Below, one piece after another: positions 10,291-20,949 of a stretch of DNA of 64,000 bases. The stretch comes from an uncultured delta proteobacterium (GTDB taxonomy: Bacteria > Desulfobacterota > Desulfomonilia > Desulfomonilales > Desulfomonilaceae): positions 192,001 through 256,000 of the forward strand of contig CAWBKB010000007.1 in the NCBI GenBank assembly GCA_963789265.1, written 5' to 3'. Below the pieces are notes generated by a model. It made no database searches. It was not told the DNA's origin and worked only from the letters and a program-made list of their open reading frames with translations. Position numbers and translations under genes: made by a program. Each line of letters opens with the position of its first letter. Within the stretch, counting starts at the first letter, position 1.

Positions 10291-12693
10291 ATGATTGAGC
10301 GAACGATAAAGACGAGCATATACGCGCACATATCAGTGTGGGCCCTAATATTTTGCTGCTTGTACCTCACGAGCCTTCACAGCTATCTATTGTTCCACAC
10401 GCTGGTAGAGCTATTCAGCATCGCGGTGGCGTGGGACATATTCTTCATCGCCTGGAACTCACGCCGACTGTTGGCCAACAATTATCTTCTTTTCCTGGGG
10501 ATTTCCTACCTCTTTGTCGGTTGTATCGATCTGGCGCACACCATGGCCTACAAAGGCATGGGCATTTTTGCGGCATCCAGGTCCGACTTGGCCTCTCAAC
10601 TCTGGATTGCGGGTAGGTTTGTCCAAAGCTTCTCTTTGTTGGCTGCACCCTTTTTTCTAGGGCGACGGCTAAGACCGTATGTAGTCATTGCCGCCTTTTC
10701 ACTGGTTTGTGCTGCGCTATTCGCATCCATCTTCTACTGGAAAATTTTCCCCGACACCTACCTGGACGGTGTTGGGCTCACAGGGTTCAAGATCTGGAGT
10801 GAGTACGGCATCTGTCTGATTCTCGTTGCAGCCGCACTGCTGCTGTACAAACACAGGGACCGGTTCGATCCAGGTGTGTTGAAGCTGTTGATCGGCTCCA
10901 TGTGTGTCACTGTGGCCTCGGAATTGGTGTTTACCGTATACGTGGACGTGTACGGCTTTTCCAATCTAGTCGGTCATTATCTTAAGGTCATTTCCTTCTA
11001 CCTGGTCTACAGGGCAATCATACAGACCGGCTTGAATAAGCCTTACGATCTGATGTTCAGGGAACTTAAGAAAGGGCAGGAAGCGCTGGCCGCCGGCCTT
11101 GCCGATCTGCAAAGGTCCAGTGCGGAGACAAACGCTTTGCTCGTCGCCTCACGAGCGCTTCTGAAGCATCGCGATTTTGCCGCATCGGCACGGACAATCT
11201 TTGATGCGTGCAAGGAGGCCATTGGAGCCAAGTCCGGGTACATTGCACTGTTGGATAGCCACTGCACGGATAATGACGTTATGTTTCTTGATTCAGGCGA
11301 ATTGCCTTGCAGCGTCGATCCCAAGCTCCCTATGCCGATTCGAGGTCTTCGCGCGGAAGCGTATCGTACTGGAGAGGTAGTCTGCGAAAACAACTTCTCC
11401 GAGAGCAAATGGGTGAAATTCCTCCCTCACGGCCATGTCTGCCTCGAAAACGTTATGTTCGCTCCGCTGATGCTCGAGGAAAAAGCTGTGGGCCTGCTCG
11501 GTCTGGCAAACAAACCGGGAGGCTTTACCGATAATGACGCCCGCACAGCCGCTGCTTTTGCCGAGTTCGCTTCCATCGGCCTGCTTAATAGCCTGACCCT
11601 CGAATCCCTTGCGCACAGTGAAGAGCGTTTTAGGACAGTTGTAGAAACTGCGAATGATGCTATCATATCCGTTGACAGCCACGGCAACGTGGTTTACTGG
11701 AACAAAGCCGCCGAGCATATCTTCGGCTATTCGGCCAAGGAAATTGTGGGCGAGCCCCTCTCCCTGATAATTCCTGAACAATTCCGTGCAGCCCACCAAA
11801 ACGCATTGCAAGATGTAGTCTCAAACTCGAAATCGCACCCTCCTGCAAGGACTGTTGAGGTAGCGGGTCTGAGAAAAGATGGCGAGGAATTTCCGGCAGG
11901 ATTGTCAATTGCAGCTTGGGAAACAAGAGAAGGGAGATTTTTTACCGGTATCCTGCGGGACATCACTACACGCAAGCGCGCCCAAGAGGCTTTGCAGAGC
12001 ACATTGGCCGAACTGGAACGCTCCAATGCCGAGTTGCAGCAATTTGCCTATGTCGCGTCACATGACCTGCAGGAGCCCCTGCGCATGGTATCAAGTTACG
12101 TTCAACTTCTCGACCGTCGCTATAAAGACAAACTTGACAAAGATGCAGCCGAATTCATGGGCTACGCGGTCGAGGGTGCCCGACACATGCGGCGACTCAT
12201 CAACGGCCTGCTGCAATACTCCCGTGTAGGAACACATGGAAAGGCCTTCGAGATTGTTCCCTGTGAGAAGGTATTGGATACGGCATTAGCCAACTTGCGG
12301 ATGTTGCTCGCCGAATCGGGCGCCCAAGTTACCCGTGATCCGCTCCCGACAGTGAATGCGGACTTTACGCAACTCCTGCAACTCTTTCAAAATCTGATCG
12401 ACAATGCTTGCAAATTTCGCGATGATGATCCTCCGCAGATTCACATCTCCGCAAGGCAAGCGTATAATCAATGGCTTTTCTCGGTGCGTGACAACGGGAT
12501 AGGAATTGATCCGGAGTATGCGGAACGGATATTTATTATATTTCAACGCTTGCACAATAGAGAAGAATTTCCCGGTACCGGCGTAGGATTGGCGATTTGC
12601 AAGAAGATTGTCGAGCGCCACGGCGGCAAGATTTGGGTTGAATCGGAACCGGGTGCGGGTACCTACTTTCTGTTTCACCATGCCCGGAAATGA
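10291..12693 (+). CDS. Sensor histidine kinase MASE3-GAF-PAS-HisKA-HATPase (last codons probably frameshifted; corrected stop ~12715)
   Basis: SYLLFHTLVELFSI..HTMAYKGMGIF (MASE3 membrane domain); [18 protein letters not shown]-box; DNGIGI and GTGVGLAI G-boxes. Confidence 0.92.
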   Translation: MIERTIKTSIYAHISVWALIFCCLYLTSLHSYLLFHTLVELFSIAVAWDIFFIAWNSRRLLANNYLLFLGISYLFVGCIDLAHTMAYKGMGIFAASRSDLASQLWIAGRFVQSFSLLAAPFFLGRRLRPYVVIAAFSLVCAALFASIFYWKIFPDTYLDGVGLTGFKIWSEYGICLILVAAALLLYKHRDRFDPGVLKLLIGSMCVTVASELVFTVYVDVYGFSNLVGHYLKVISFYLVYRAIIQTGLNKPYDLMFRELKKGQEALAAGLADLQRSSAETNALLVASRALLKHRDFAASARTIFDACKEAIGAKSGYIALLDSHCTDNDVMFLDSGELPCSVDPKLPMPIRGLRAEAYRTGEVVCENNFSESKWVKFLPHGHVCLENVMFAPLMLEEKAVGLLGLANKPGGFTDNDARTAAAFAEFASIGLLNSLTLESLAHSEERFRTVVETANDAIISVDSHGNVVYWNKAAEHIFGYSAKEIVGEPLSLIIPEQFRAAHQNALQDVVSNSKSHPPARTVEVAGLRKDGEEFPAGLSIAAWETREGRFFTGILRDITTRKRAQEALQSTLAELERSNAELQQFAYVASHDLQEPLRMVSSYVQLLDRRYKDKLDKDAAEFMGYAVEGARHMRRLINGLLQYSRVGTHGKAFEIVPCEKVLDTALANLRMLLAESGAQVTRDPLPTVNADFTQLLQLFQNLIDNACKFRDDDPPQIHISARQAYNQWLFSVRDNGIGIDPEYAERIFIIFQRLHNREEFPGTGVGLAICKKIVERHGGKIWVESEPGAGTYFLFHHARK

Positions 12694-12796
12694 TACTCAG
12701 ATGCGGCGACAATAGAGCTTAAATGGTAAACCGGCCTGGACGGCACCTCCTGTCGGAACAGCGCGACTACGCACAATTCCGGGTGTTCCGGACACA

Positions 12797-13444
12797 ATGA
12801 GGAAAATGAGTACGCCGATGGATCTACTAGTGAAGGCATTGCTTGACGGCGATCAGATTCAGGCTGTTGCCGCAGCCAGAAGCCTTCGTGACACGGGGGT
12901 CGAACACGAGCGCATGGTCACTGAGGGGATAGAAGTGGCGATGGGGCAATTGGACACCAAGTGCACGATGGAGCAGTTCAACTTACTGGAAATCATGCTT
13001 GTGGGGCGTGCAGCGATGGGAGTCATAAAGGAGCTCTTTCCAGCGGGCACACCTTCACTTCGGACTAAGGGAACGGTTGTGCTGGCCAGTCCGGAGGGGG
13101 ACGTACACGACTTGGGGAAGAACGTCCTCAAGGCAGTATTGACGGCAAAAGCCTACCATGTCGTGGATTGTGGCAAGGATTGTCCCGTAGAGAGACTGAT
13201 TAGCGCAGCGGAACAAGAAGGAGCGCTTGCTGTCGCAGTCAGCGGCTTGATGACCAGCCTGATCCCACAGGTGCGACAGATCAGGGACAAAATGACTAAA
13301 CGGGGACTCGGTCACATTAAGGTGATGGCCGGCGGAGCAGCATTGAAGCAAGCTTCCGCAGAGAGTCTAAACGTCGATTTCGTAGCTCAGACCGCTTTCG
13401 ATGGCGCACGCTATCTTGATCGGATAGCCGGAGGTGGGCAATGA
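12797..13444 (+). CDS. Corrinoid (cobalamin-binding) protein, MtaC/MtbC-like
   Basis: Helical cap domain plus EGDVHDLGKN (DxHxxG), SGLMT and MAGGA base-off/His-on B12 motifs. Confidence 0.9.
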   Translation: MRKMSTPMDLLVKALLDGDQIQAVAAARSLRDTGVEHERMVTEGIEVAMGQLDTKCTMEQFNLLEIMLVGRAAMGVIKELFPAGTPSLRTKGTVVLASPEGDVHDLGKNVLKAVLTAKAYHVVDCGKDCPVERLISAAEQEGALAVAVSGLMTSLIPQVRQIRDKMTKRGLGHIKVMAGGAALKQASAESLNVDFVAQTAFDGARYLDRIAGGGQ

Positions 13445-14454
13445 ACAGCGTCGACCGGATCAAGGCCGCGGTGAATTTCGACCCGCCCGATTACGTGCCG
13501 GTGATCGCTCAGGTTTTCGGCCATGCCGCGACTTTGGCTGGGATTCCCCTGGGCGATTATGTCAAAAGTGGCAAACTGTTGGCGCGTTGTCAGATTCAAG
13601 CCCTGAAACACTATGACTACGATGCGGTCTTTGCTTTGATGGATGCGAATGTTGAAACTGAGGCCGCGGGCTCTGCCCTGACCTATCGAGCTGACCGGTA
13701 TCCAAGTGTCGCGACTTATGCTTTTTCGGATGGAACTAACCTGGACAGAGCAGAGGTACCTGATCCGCACCGAGCGGGGCGCATGCCGGAATTGCTGGAA
13801 GCCGCCGGGATTCTGCGCCGAGAGGTGGGCGATGATGTGCTTGTTGTGGGCTGCGTGTTAGGACCCATGACCCTGGCAACACAACTGCTCGGCATCGAAG
13901 CGACCCTCTATTTGGCCGCGGACGATCCGGAACGATTCTCCTGTTTGCTTGACTTTGCCACCGAAATTGCCATTCGGTTCGGCATTTCACAGATCGAAGC
14001 CGGCGCGCATCTACCCATAGTTTTCAACCCGTCGGCCTCGCCCGCTGTTATTCCGTATCAATTCTTCCGCGAAATTGAACTGCCTCGTCTCAGGAAAGTC
14101 TTCGCAGCCTTTAAGCTGGCTGGGGCTGCGGCCAACTGGCTTCATGTTGCGGGGCCGGCCGAGCCTATCCTATCCCTTTATCCTCAGGCCGGGGTGGACA
14201 TCGCGAATATTGATTACGAGGTTGATCCGGAGGATGCCCGGAGAGCGCTTCCACAGACTTGCCTCAATGGCAACATCAAACCCCTGGCCTTTGTTGAGGC
14301 GACTCCTGATGTGATTGCCGATGAGTCTTCCAGATTGATGAATCTTTTCGGAGATCGTGGAGGCTTTATCATGTCGTCCGGTTGTGAGATTCCGCCGGAA
14401 TCAAGACCTGAAAATATTTCCGCTATGGTTGCGGCAGCGAGAGAGAGAATGTAA
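13441..14454 (+). CDS. Uroporphyrinogen decarboxylase superfamily protein, MtaA/CmuA-like methylcobamide methyltransferase
   Basis: VETEAAGS, PDPHRAGRMP, GPMTLA, LNGNIKP, GFIMSSGCEIP; ATGA-coupled to the corrinoid protein. Confidence 0.85.
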   Translation: MNSVDRIKAAVNFDPPDYVPVIAQVFGHAATLAGIPLGDYVKSGKLLARCQIQALKHYDYDAVFALMDANVETEAAGSALTYRADRYPSVATYAFSDGTNLDRAEVPDPHRAGRMPELLEAAGILRREVGDDVLVVGCVLGPMTLATQLLGIEATLYLAADDPERFSCLLDFATEIAIRFGISQIEAGAHLPIVFNPSASPAVIPYQFFREIELPRLRKVFAAFKLAGAAANWLHVAGPAEPILSLYPQAGVDIANIDYEVDPEDARRALPQTCLNGNIKPLAFVEATPDVIADESSRLMNLFGDRGGFIMSSGCEIPPESRPENISAMVAAARERM

Positions 14455-14491
14455 CTCAGTGAGCTTTAAAGCAAGCCACGCGAAAAGTTGA

Positions 14492-14577
14492 TTTCCCCTC
14501 CTTTTTAATGGGAGGCAGAGGAGTTTTTTGGGATAACCTATTGAAAATCCCCCTTTAGAGAAGGGGGACTTTGAGGG
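14492..14577. repeat. CCCCCTTT..AAGGGGG-type palindromic repeat
   Basis: TCCCCCTTTAGAGAAGGGGGA hairpin; related copies at 46062-46104 and 51430-51534. Confidence 0.6.
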
Positions 14578-14649
14578 CCTGACGGGACGCCTGAGGTGCC
14601 CACGACCGAAGCAACCAGCTCTAAATTAATGCCTGTGGGAGGTAATACT

Positions 14650-16261
14650 CTGCCGACCCTGACCATCAAATCGGAAAAAATCGAACGTCGTATCCCGTTT
14701 GACCCCGGAGCATCCTTGCGTGAAATCCTGGACGAGGCCGACGTGCGGGTTCGTGCAGGATGCAAAGGGACTGGTGCATGCGGTCTGTGTCTCGTGCGGA
14801 TTGAAGCCGGACGAGTCGGTGCACCGGGGCCGAATGAGAATACCCATCTGGATAGCTCACAACTTGCTCAGGGCATTCGATTGGCCTGCCAAGTAATTCC
14901 CGAGCAAGATTTGCAGATTGTGATCCTTGCCCCAGCTCCCAAAGCGGATTGGAAAAGCCTTCCCCAAGGAGACAGACGACGTAACGGTCGAGGCCGCGCC
15001 TTCCCACTGGGAGATGCGCCGACAGACGTGAAAGAACCTTATGGTGTGGCAGTGGATCTGGGCACAAGTCACCTAAGTCTTTCGCTGCTCGATCTTGCCG
15101 GCGGCGAATGCCTGGCAGGGCGTTATGGCCCCAACCCTCAGATGCTTTTCGGTTCAGATGTCATGACACGGCTTATCACCGCGTCTGAGTCTTCCCAGCA
15201 GGCGCAGGTGATGAGCCGACAAATCGTCATAGCAATAGGCGAAGCACTGTTGGATATCGCCTCCAGAGAGGGGATCGATCTTCAACGAGTGGTGAGGCTT
15301 GCTCTGGTCGGAAACACTGCAATGCTGGCACTGTTGTCAGGGCGAAATTACAGTCGGTTGATTCAACCGAGCCACTGGACCAAAGCCGTCGATTGTCTGC
15401 CTCAAAACACGGAAACGTGGGCTGAAGCTTGGGGCATTCATCCCAAGGCGAGCATACAGGTCATCCCGCCTCTGGCCGGCTTTGTGGGCTCCGATTTGCT
15501 GGCGGGCGTGGTTACGACCCGCCTGACTGAAGACGGAGTCGGCTGCCTTCTCATTGATTTCGGCGCCAATTCCGAGATAGCCCTGTGGGACGGACAAGCC
15601 TTGTGGGTCACCTCTGCCGCTGGGGGGCCTGCCTTTGAACGGAGTGGCATCGAATGCGGACTGCCCGCGGAAACGGGAGCCATTTATAGGGTACAGCGTG
15701 CAGCAGAATGGAATGCTTAATTTTGCAGTCATCGGCGACCAACAAGCGCGCGGCATCTGCGGTTCGGGCTTGGTAGATCTGATTGCCAACCTGGTCAGGA
15801 CAGGTAGATTGACTAACATGGGCCGGTTCACACCGTCTGTTCCGGGAAACGAATTTACGCTCGTGCGAGGTGAGCCGGACATCATTCTGACCAAGAGGGG
15901 TGTAGACGTTTTTCAGCGCGGCAAAGCAGCCATTGGGGCAGGCGTGCATGTATTGCTGAAGCAGGCGGGCATGAGGTACAAGGATTTGCAGCGAATTTGC
16001 GTCGGCGGCGCTTTCGGCAGTTTCCTGGATATCGCCAACGCCCAGGAGATCGGGTTGCTGCCCAAGATTCAACCAGAGCTTGTGGAGCTTCACGGAAACA
16101 CGGCATTGGCCGGTTGCGAAGACGCGATACTGTCACACTTGGCTTCTCAACGTCTCGCGAACCTCAGAGATCGCCTAAAAGTTATCAATTTATCGCAGTG
16201 TCTCAATTTTGACGACATATTCTTGGAGCATTTGTACCTCCAACCGTCGCAAGGAGAGTGA
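14650..16261 (+). CDS. Reductive activator of corrinoid proteins (RACo/RamA-like; 2Fe-2S plus ASKHA ATPase); apparent 1-nt insertion near 15693; start uncertain
   Basis: CKGTGACGLC..RLACQ ferredoxin; AVDLGTS, NPQ..FGSDVMTR, GFVGSD, IDFGANSEI, SAAGGPAFE, then GICGSGL, GGAFGSFL, GNTALAG in ORF 15635-16261. Confidence 0.9.
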
Positions 16262-16264
16262 GCT

Positions 16265-18004
16265 ACGGATACCGGATCTCCAGGACAGGCGAATTATCTT
16301 GATGCCTTTATCAAGACCGCCCAATACCTCGCCGGCTTGACGATCCAACAGGATTTGTGGATCGAGACGGGAAAACTTCTGGTCAATTTTTGGGGAGCGG
16401 ATCTAGGCGCCTTTGGAGAACGCCTTACAAACGGGGAAATAGTAATTCGCCCTTGGATCTTCTCGGATGAGTTTTCCAAACGAATGGACTTTGCATCAGA
16501 GGCCCAGGAAAGTGTCGCCGAGGTACTGGATGGTGGTTTCCTAACATGGCGAATAATTTCGTCTTCGCCGGAAACGCTGGTGGTAGCCTTCTTGCCGGTC
16601 ACCGGGGAAAACCGGGTCATGAGAGTGTTGCTGGTGGCGCACAGGATGTCTGGACCACCTCCAAGAGATCTGCTCAATGTGTACCTAGCTCTCGCAGGTC
16701 TTGTGGGAACAACAGCCGAGCGTCTGGCTTCGGAAGCGGAACTGAGGAAACAGCGCCGGCATCTCGAGATACAGATTGCTCAACGTAAGAGTGCGGAAGA
16801 GGCTCTGCGGGAAAAAGAACAGTTTCTTACCAATATTTTTGAGAGCATCCAAGATGGTATAAGCATACTAGATAGCGAGCTGAACATTGTACGAACCAAT
16901 TCGACAATGGATCGATGGTATTCAACCTCAATGCCTCTCGTTGGCAAAAAATGCTTTGAAGCATACCATAATGCAAATCACCCTTGTGAAAAATGCCCTG
17001 TTGCTCAGGCTCTAAAGACCGGCCAAACCACCTTCGAAATTGTTCCCCGAGAAGGAGCGAAAGGTCATATTGAAGGATGGCTCGAACTGTATGCTTTTCC
17101 TCTTGTAGCTCCAGGCTCGGATCAAGTCATGGGTGTAATCGAATACTTCCGGGATATCAGTGACCGCAAGAAAGCAGAAGAAGCGCTACGTACCAGCGAA
17201 GAGCGCCATCGGGCTGAGCTTGAGCAACGAATCAAAGAACGCACCTCCGAGTTACATGTAGCCAATGAACGATTAAGGGATGAAATTACCGAGCGGAAAC
17301 GGACAGCATCTGAATTGGAACGGTCTAACGCCGAGTTGCAGCAATTTGCTTACGTCGCGTCCCATGACTTGCAAGAGCCGCTCCGCATGGTCTCAAGCTA
17401 CGTGCAGCTTCTCGATCGCCGCTACAGAGACAAACTTGATGAGGACGCGGACGAGTTTATGGCTTACGCTGTTGACGGAGCCAAACGCATGCAGGGTCTC
17501 ATTAATGGTCTGCTGCAATATTCCCGTGTAGGAACTCACGGTAAGGCTTTCGAGTCTGTTGACTGTGAAACGGTCCTGGATAAGGCGTTGGCCAACTTGC
17601 GGATGTTGCTCGCCGAATCGGGCGCGCAGGTCACCCGAGATCCTCTCCCCACAGTGGATGCGGACTTTACACAACTCTTGCAACTGTTTCAAAATCTGAT
17701 CGACAACGCTTGCAAATTTCGCGATGATGAGCCCCCTCAGATTCACATCTCCGCCGGGCAGGCGCACAATCAATGGCTCTTCTCAGTGCGTGACAACGGG
17801 ATAGGGATTGATCCGGAGTATGCGGAGAGAATATTTGTCATATTTCAACGCCTGCACAATAGAATGGAATTTCCGGGAACCGGTCTCGGGCTGGCAATTT
17901 GCAAGAAGATCGTTGAGCGCCACGGCGGCAAAATTTGGGTTGAGTCCCAAGACGGCAAGGGCACAACCTTCTACTTCACAATCCCGGAAAGAAAGGCATG
18001 CTGA
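16265..18004 (+). CDS. Cytoplasmic sensor histidine kinase (GAF-like, PAS, HisKA, HATPase); start uncertain (ACG 16265 or TTG 16337)
   Basis: No TM segments; PAS with [35 protein letters not shown]. Confidence 0.88.
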   Translation, partial: TDTGSPGQANYLDAFIKTAQYLAGLTIQQDLWIETGKLLVNFWGADLGAFGERLTNGEIVIRPWIFSDEFSKRMDFASEAQESVAEVLDGGFLTWRIISSSPETLVVAFLPVTGENRVMRVLLVAHRMSGPPPRDLLNVYLALAGLVGTTAERLASEAELRKQRRHLEIQIAQRKSAEEALREKEQFLTNIFESIQDGISILDSELNIVRTNSTMDRWYSTSMPLVGKKCFEAYHNANHPCEKCPVAQALKTGQTTFEIVPREGAKGHIEGWLELYAFPLVAPGSDQVMGVIEYFRDISDRKKAEEALRTSEERHRAELEQRIKERTSELHVANERLRDEITERKRTASELERSNAELQQFAYVASHDLQEPLRMVSSYVQLLDRRYRDKLDEDADEFMAYAVDGAKRMQGLINGLLQYSRVGTHGKAFESVDCETVLDKALANLRMLLAESGAQVTRDPLPTVDADFTQLLQLFQNLIDNACKFRDDEPPQIHISAGQAHNQWLFSVRDNGIGIDPEYAERIFVIFQRLHNRMEFPGTGLGLAICKKIVERHGGKIWVESQDGKGTTFYFTIPERKAC

Positions 18005-18453
18005 TGTACGGTAGAAGCAACATCCACGCTATCGAGATCCTTCTGGTTGAAGATAATCCCGGTGATGTGCGCCTCACTCGAGAAGCGCTCAAAGATGGCA
18101 AGATAGTCAATAATTTGCACGTGGCCGAGGACGGCGTAGAAGCCCTCGCATATCTCAGGCGTGAGGGAAAGTTTCACGATTCGGTACGGCCGGAACTCAT
18201 TCTCCTGGACCTCAACCTCCCCAAGAAAGACGGCCGGCAAGTTTTAGCTGAAATCAAAGCGGACAAGACCTTGAAACGCATCCCCGTCGTGATCTTAACC
18301 TCTTCGGAGGCTGAACAGGACATTGTCAAGAGCTATAATCTTCACGCAAATTGCTACGTAACGAAGCCCGTCGACCTCGATCAGTTTATTAGTGTAGTAA
18401 AATCTATTGAATATTTCTGGTTATCGGTCGTTAAGCTTCCGCCGGAGGAATGA
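17998..18453 (+). CDS. Single-domain response regulator (Rcp1/CheY-like)
   Basis: [29 protein letters not shown]. Confidence 0.93.
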   Translation: MLMYGRSNIHAIEILLVEDNPGDVRLTREALKDGKIVNNLHVAEDGVEALAYLRREGKFHDSVRPELILLDLNLPKKDGRQVLAEIKADKTLKRIPVVILTSSEAEQDIVKSYNLHANCYVTKPVDLDQFISVVKSIEYFWLSVVKLPPEE

Positions 18454-18454
18454 A

Positions 18455-20510
18455 ATGAGAGACGGCCCACTCCGAGTGCTACTGATCGAAGATAATCCCG
18501 GGGACGTCCGCCTAATCAAAGAAATGCTGGTTGAGGCCGGAAAGACGAACATAAGCATTGAATCCGCCGACACCTTGTCAGCCGGCCTGGACCTGCTTAC
18601 CACAGGCGATTTCGACGCAGCCCTGCTGGATCTCGGATTGCCCGACAGCCAAGGTCTCGCCACCTTGGGCAAAGTCTATGTCAGAGCCCCCGGCATCCCT
18701 ATCGTGGTTCTAACAGGCCAAGAGGATGAGGCCGTGGCGCTTGAAGCAGTAAAACAAGGAGCCCAGGATTATCTCGTCAAGGGAGAGGTGGACGAAAAGC
18801 TTCTCGTTCGGTCCATTCACTACGCGGTTGAACGGCGGCGACTCCTGGCCGAGTTGGAAATCAGCCGGGCTAGTTTCACCAGCATAGTGGAAAAGAGCGC
18901 TGACGGCATATTCGTGCTGGGAAACGACAGCTCCGTGCTCTATGCCAATCCGGCGGCGACTGAGCTGATGGGCAAGTGCGGAGAAGATCTTCTGGGCACG
19001 TACTTTCCCCTTCCCGCTGTCCCGGGCGAGAGGACGGAATTGGAAATAGCACACGGTGAAGGCGCCGCAGGCACCGGTGAAATACGAGTGAGACGCACCG
19101 ACTGGAATGGAAACCCTGCATTTTTGACCGTGTTGCGTGACATTACCAAGCGCAAACGAGCAGAGGAGGCTTTGCGCCAAAGCGAGGGAAGATTTCGTGC
19201 CATTTTCGAGAGCGCTCAGGACACCATGTTCATTAAGGATCGGCAATTGAAATACACGATGGTAAATCCTGCAATGGCGAAGCTCTTGAACCGCCCTACC
19301 TCTGAAATAGTGGGCCGCACCTCTGAAGAGATCTTTGGGCGGCAGACCGGTAAACACCTCAGAGAGGTAGACCTGCGCGTTCTGGACGGACAGACCATCG
19401 AAGAAGAGCGGGTGCGACCGATAAACGGCATCCCCCTTACCTTTCACGATGTACGAGTCCCTTTGCGAGACGGCACCGGGGTGATTGTCGGCGTGTTTGG
19501 AATAAGCCGCGACATAACCGGCCGCAAGACGGTGGAGCTTCCACACCGACAAGCTGCCGACGAATACCCGTCAAAGGCCATGAAGGCGATCATGAGGCGA
19601 GTCAGCTTCGCGGCGGAAACTGAATCCACAGTATTGCTGCTGGGAGAGAGCGGCAGCGGCAAAGACTTCCTGGCCAGATACATCCACGATCACTCCAAGC
19701 GCGCGGACGGTCCCTATTGGGCCATCAACTGCGCTGCGGTCAGCGCTCAACTTGCGGAATCGGAGCTTTTCGGCCACGAACGCGGTGCTTTCACCGGAGC
19801 GCAAAGCCGTAAGCGAGGACATTTGGAACTTGCCGAAGGCGGAACTCTGCTACTGAACGAAGTCGGGGAACTCCCCCTCCCCTTGCAGGCGAAACTGCTG
19901 ACTTTTCTTGATACCAGGCAGTTTACCCGTGTGGGCGGAGAAAAGAACATCACTGTCAATGCAAGACTCATCGCTGCCACGAATCGGGACTTGGAGAAGG
20001 AAGTCGACGCCGGATGCTTCAGACAGGACCTTTTCTATCGCCTGAATGTGCTGAGTGTCACGGTTCCTCCGCTAAGGGAGAGGCGTGAAGATATCCCAAT
20101 ACTCATTCGAGAGATGATGACGCTACTTTGCACGGACATGCAGCTCCACGAAGTTCCTACTATCGACGCGGCGACCGTGAACGTGCTGAAAAGCTACGAC
20201 TGGCCGGGGAATGTGCGAGAACTTCGCAATGTGCTGGAGAGGGCGCTGATGTTGTCGGGCGGAGAGTGTATTAGCCTCGCGGGCCTTGGATTGGATACAA
20301 ACAATGGAAATGCCAAAGACTGGTCTCTCACGGTATGTTTCCCCTCTGGAGAATCCCTGAATGACATTACTCATAATGTGAAGCGTTCTCTTGTCACAGA
20401 GGCGCTTAGGCGCTCGGGAGGCAGCAGACAGGGAGCATCACGCTTGCTGGGTATTTCGCGGGTACTCACTCAAACATTACATGAAGGCATTGGGCCTGTC
20501 GTGGGATTGA
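18455..20510 (+). CDS. Sigma54-dependent activator REC-PAS-PAS-AAA+-HTH (apparent 1-nt insertion near 20461; ORF track runs to 20557)
   Basis: Receiver LLDLGLPDSQG; GESGSGK; ESELFGHERGAFTGA; FRQDLFYRL; WPGNVRELRN; Fis HTH ASRLLGISR then YSLKHYMKALG in the shifted frame. Confidence 0.92.
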
Positions 20511-20515
20511 GTCAC

Positions 20516-20713
20516 GTGGCGCAGGCTTTCCAGCCTGCGTTTTCTCGATTCGGATGATAGCAGACTGGAAAGTCTGCTCCACAGGTATAAGAGCTGGCCG
20601 CACAAATAACATTCCATGTCTCGCGGGCTCTGCCCGCAAACTGGCTCTATTTTACTGTTATAGTCGAGGCAGAGCCTCGCGATAGGCATTCCCAGGCAGA
20701 GCTTGGGAACGAG
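20516..20713. repeat. REP pair plus partial CCCAGGCAGAGCCTGGGAAC-family element
   Basis: GTGGCGCAGGCTTTCCAGCCTGC..CAGACTGGAAAGTCTGCTCCAC; TTCCCAGGCAGAGCTTGGGAACGAG. Confidence 0.7.
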
Positions 20714-20949
20714 AAAAACGATTCAGACGGAGAATCATGGATCGGAACTACTGACCGTCATCGAATTCTTGATGCGGAAATTATATCCCTTTTTTCCAGA
20801 TTGCCGAAACGCCTTTGCTCGTCCCAATGTCTTAAATCATGATGGCAAACGGCGGACTGGCGTCACAATTCTCGTAGAGAATAGAAGATTTCTGCTATAA
20901 GGAACCTTAAGATTTCAAGGAATCTCCTGATTGTCCCCTAAAGGAACAG

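Noticed and set aside
10090..12796. Cobalamin riboswitch upstream of the corrinoid operon genes
   Set aside because: No B12-box or GGGAA/GCCACTG core visible in either intergenic region.
16259..16300. TGA of RACo is in frame with the next kinase: possible Sec readthrough fusion
   Set aside because: RACo is already complete at that point, there is no convincing SECIS hairpin, and an SD with a near-cognate start explains the open frame. Not formally excluded.
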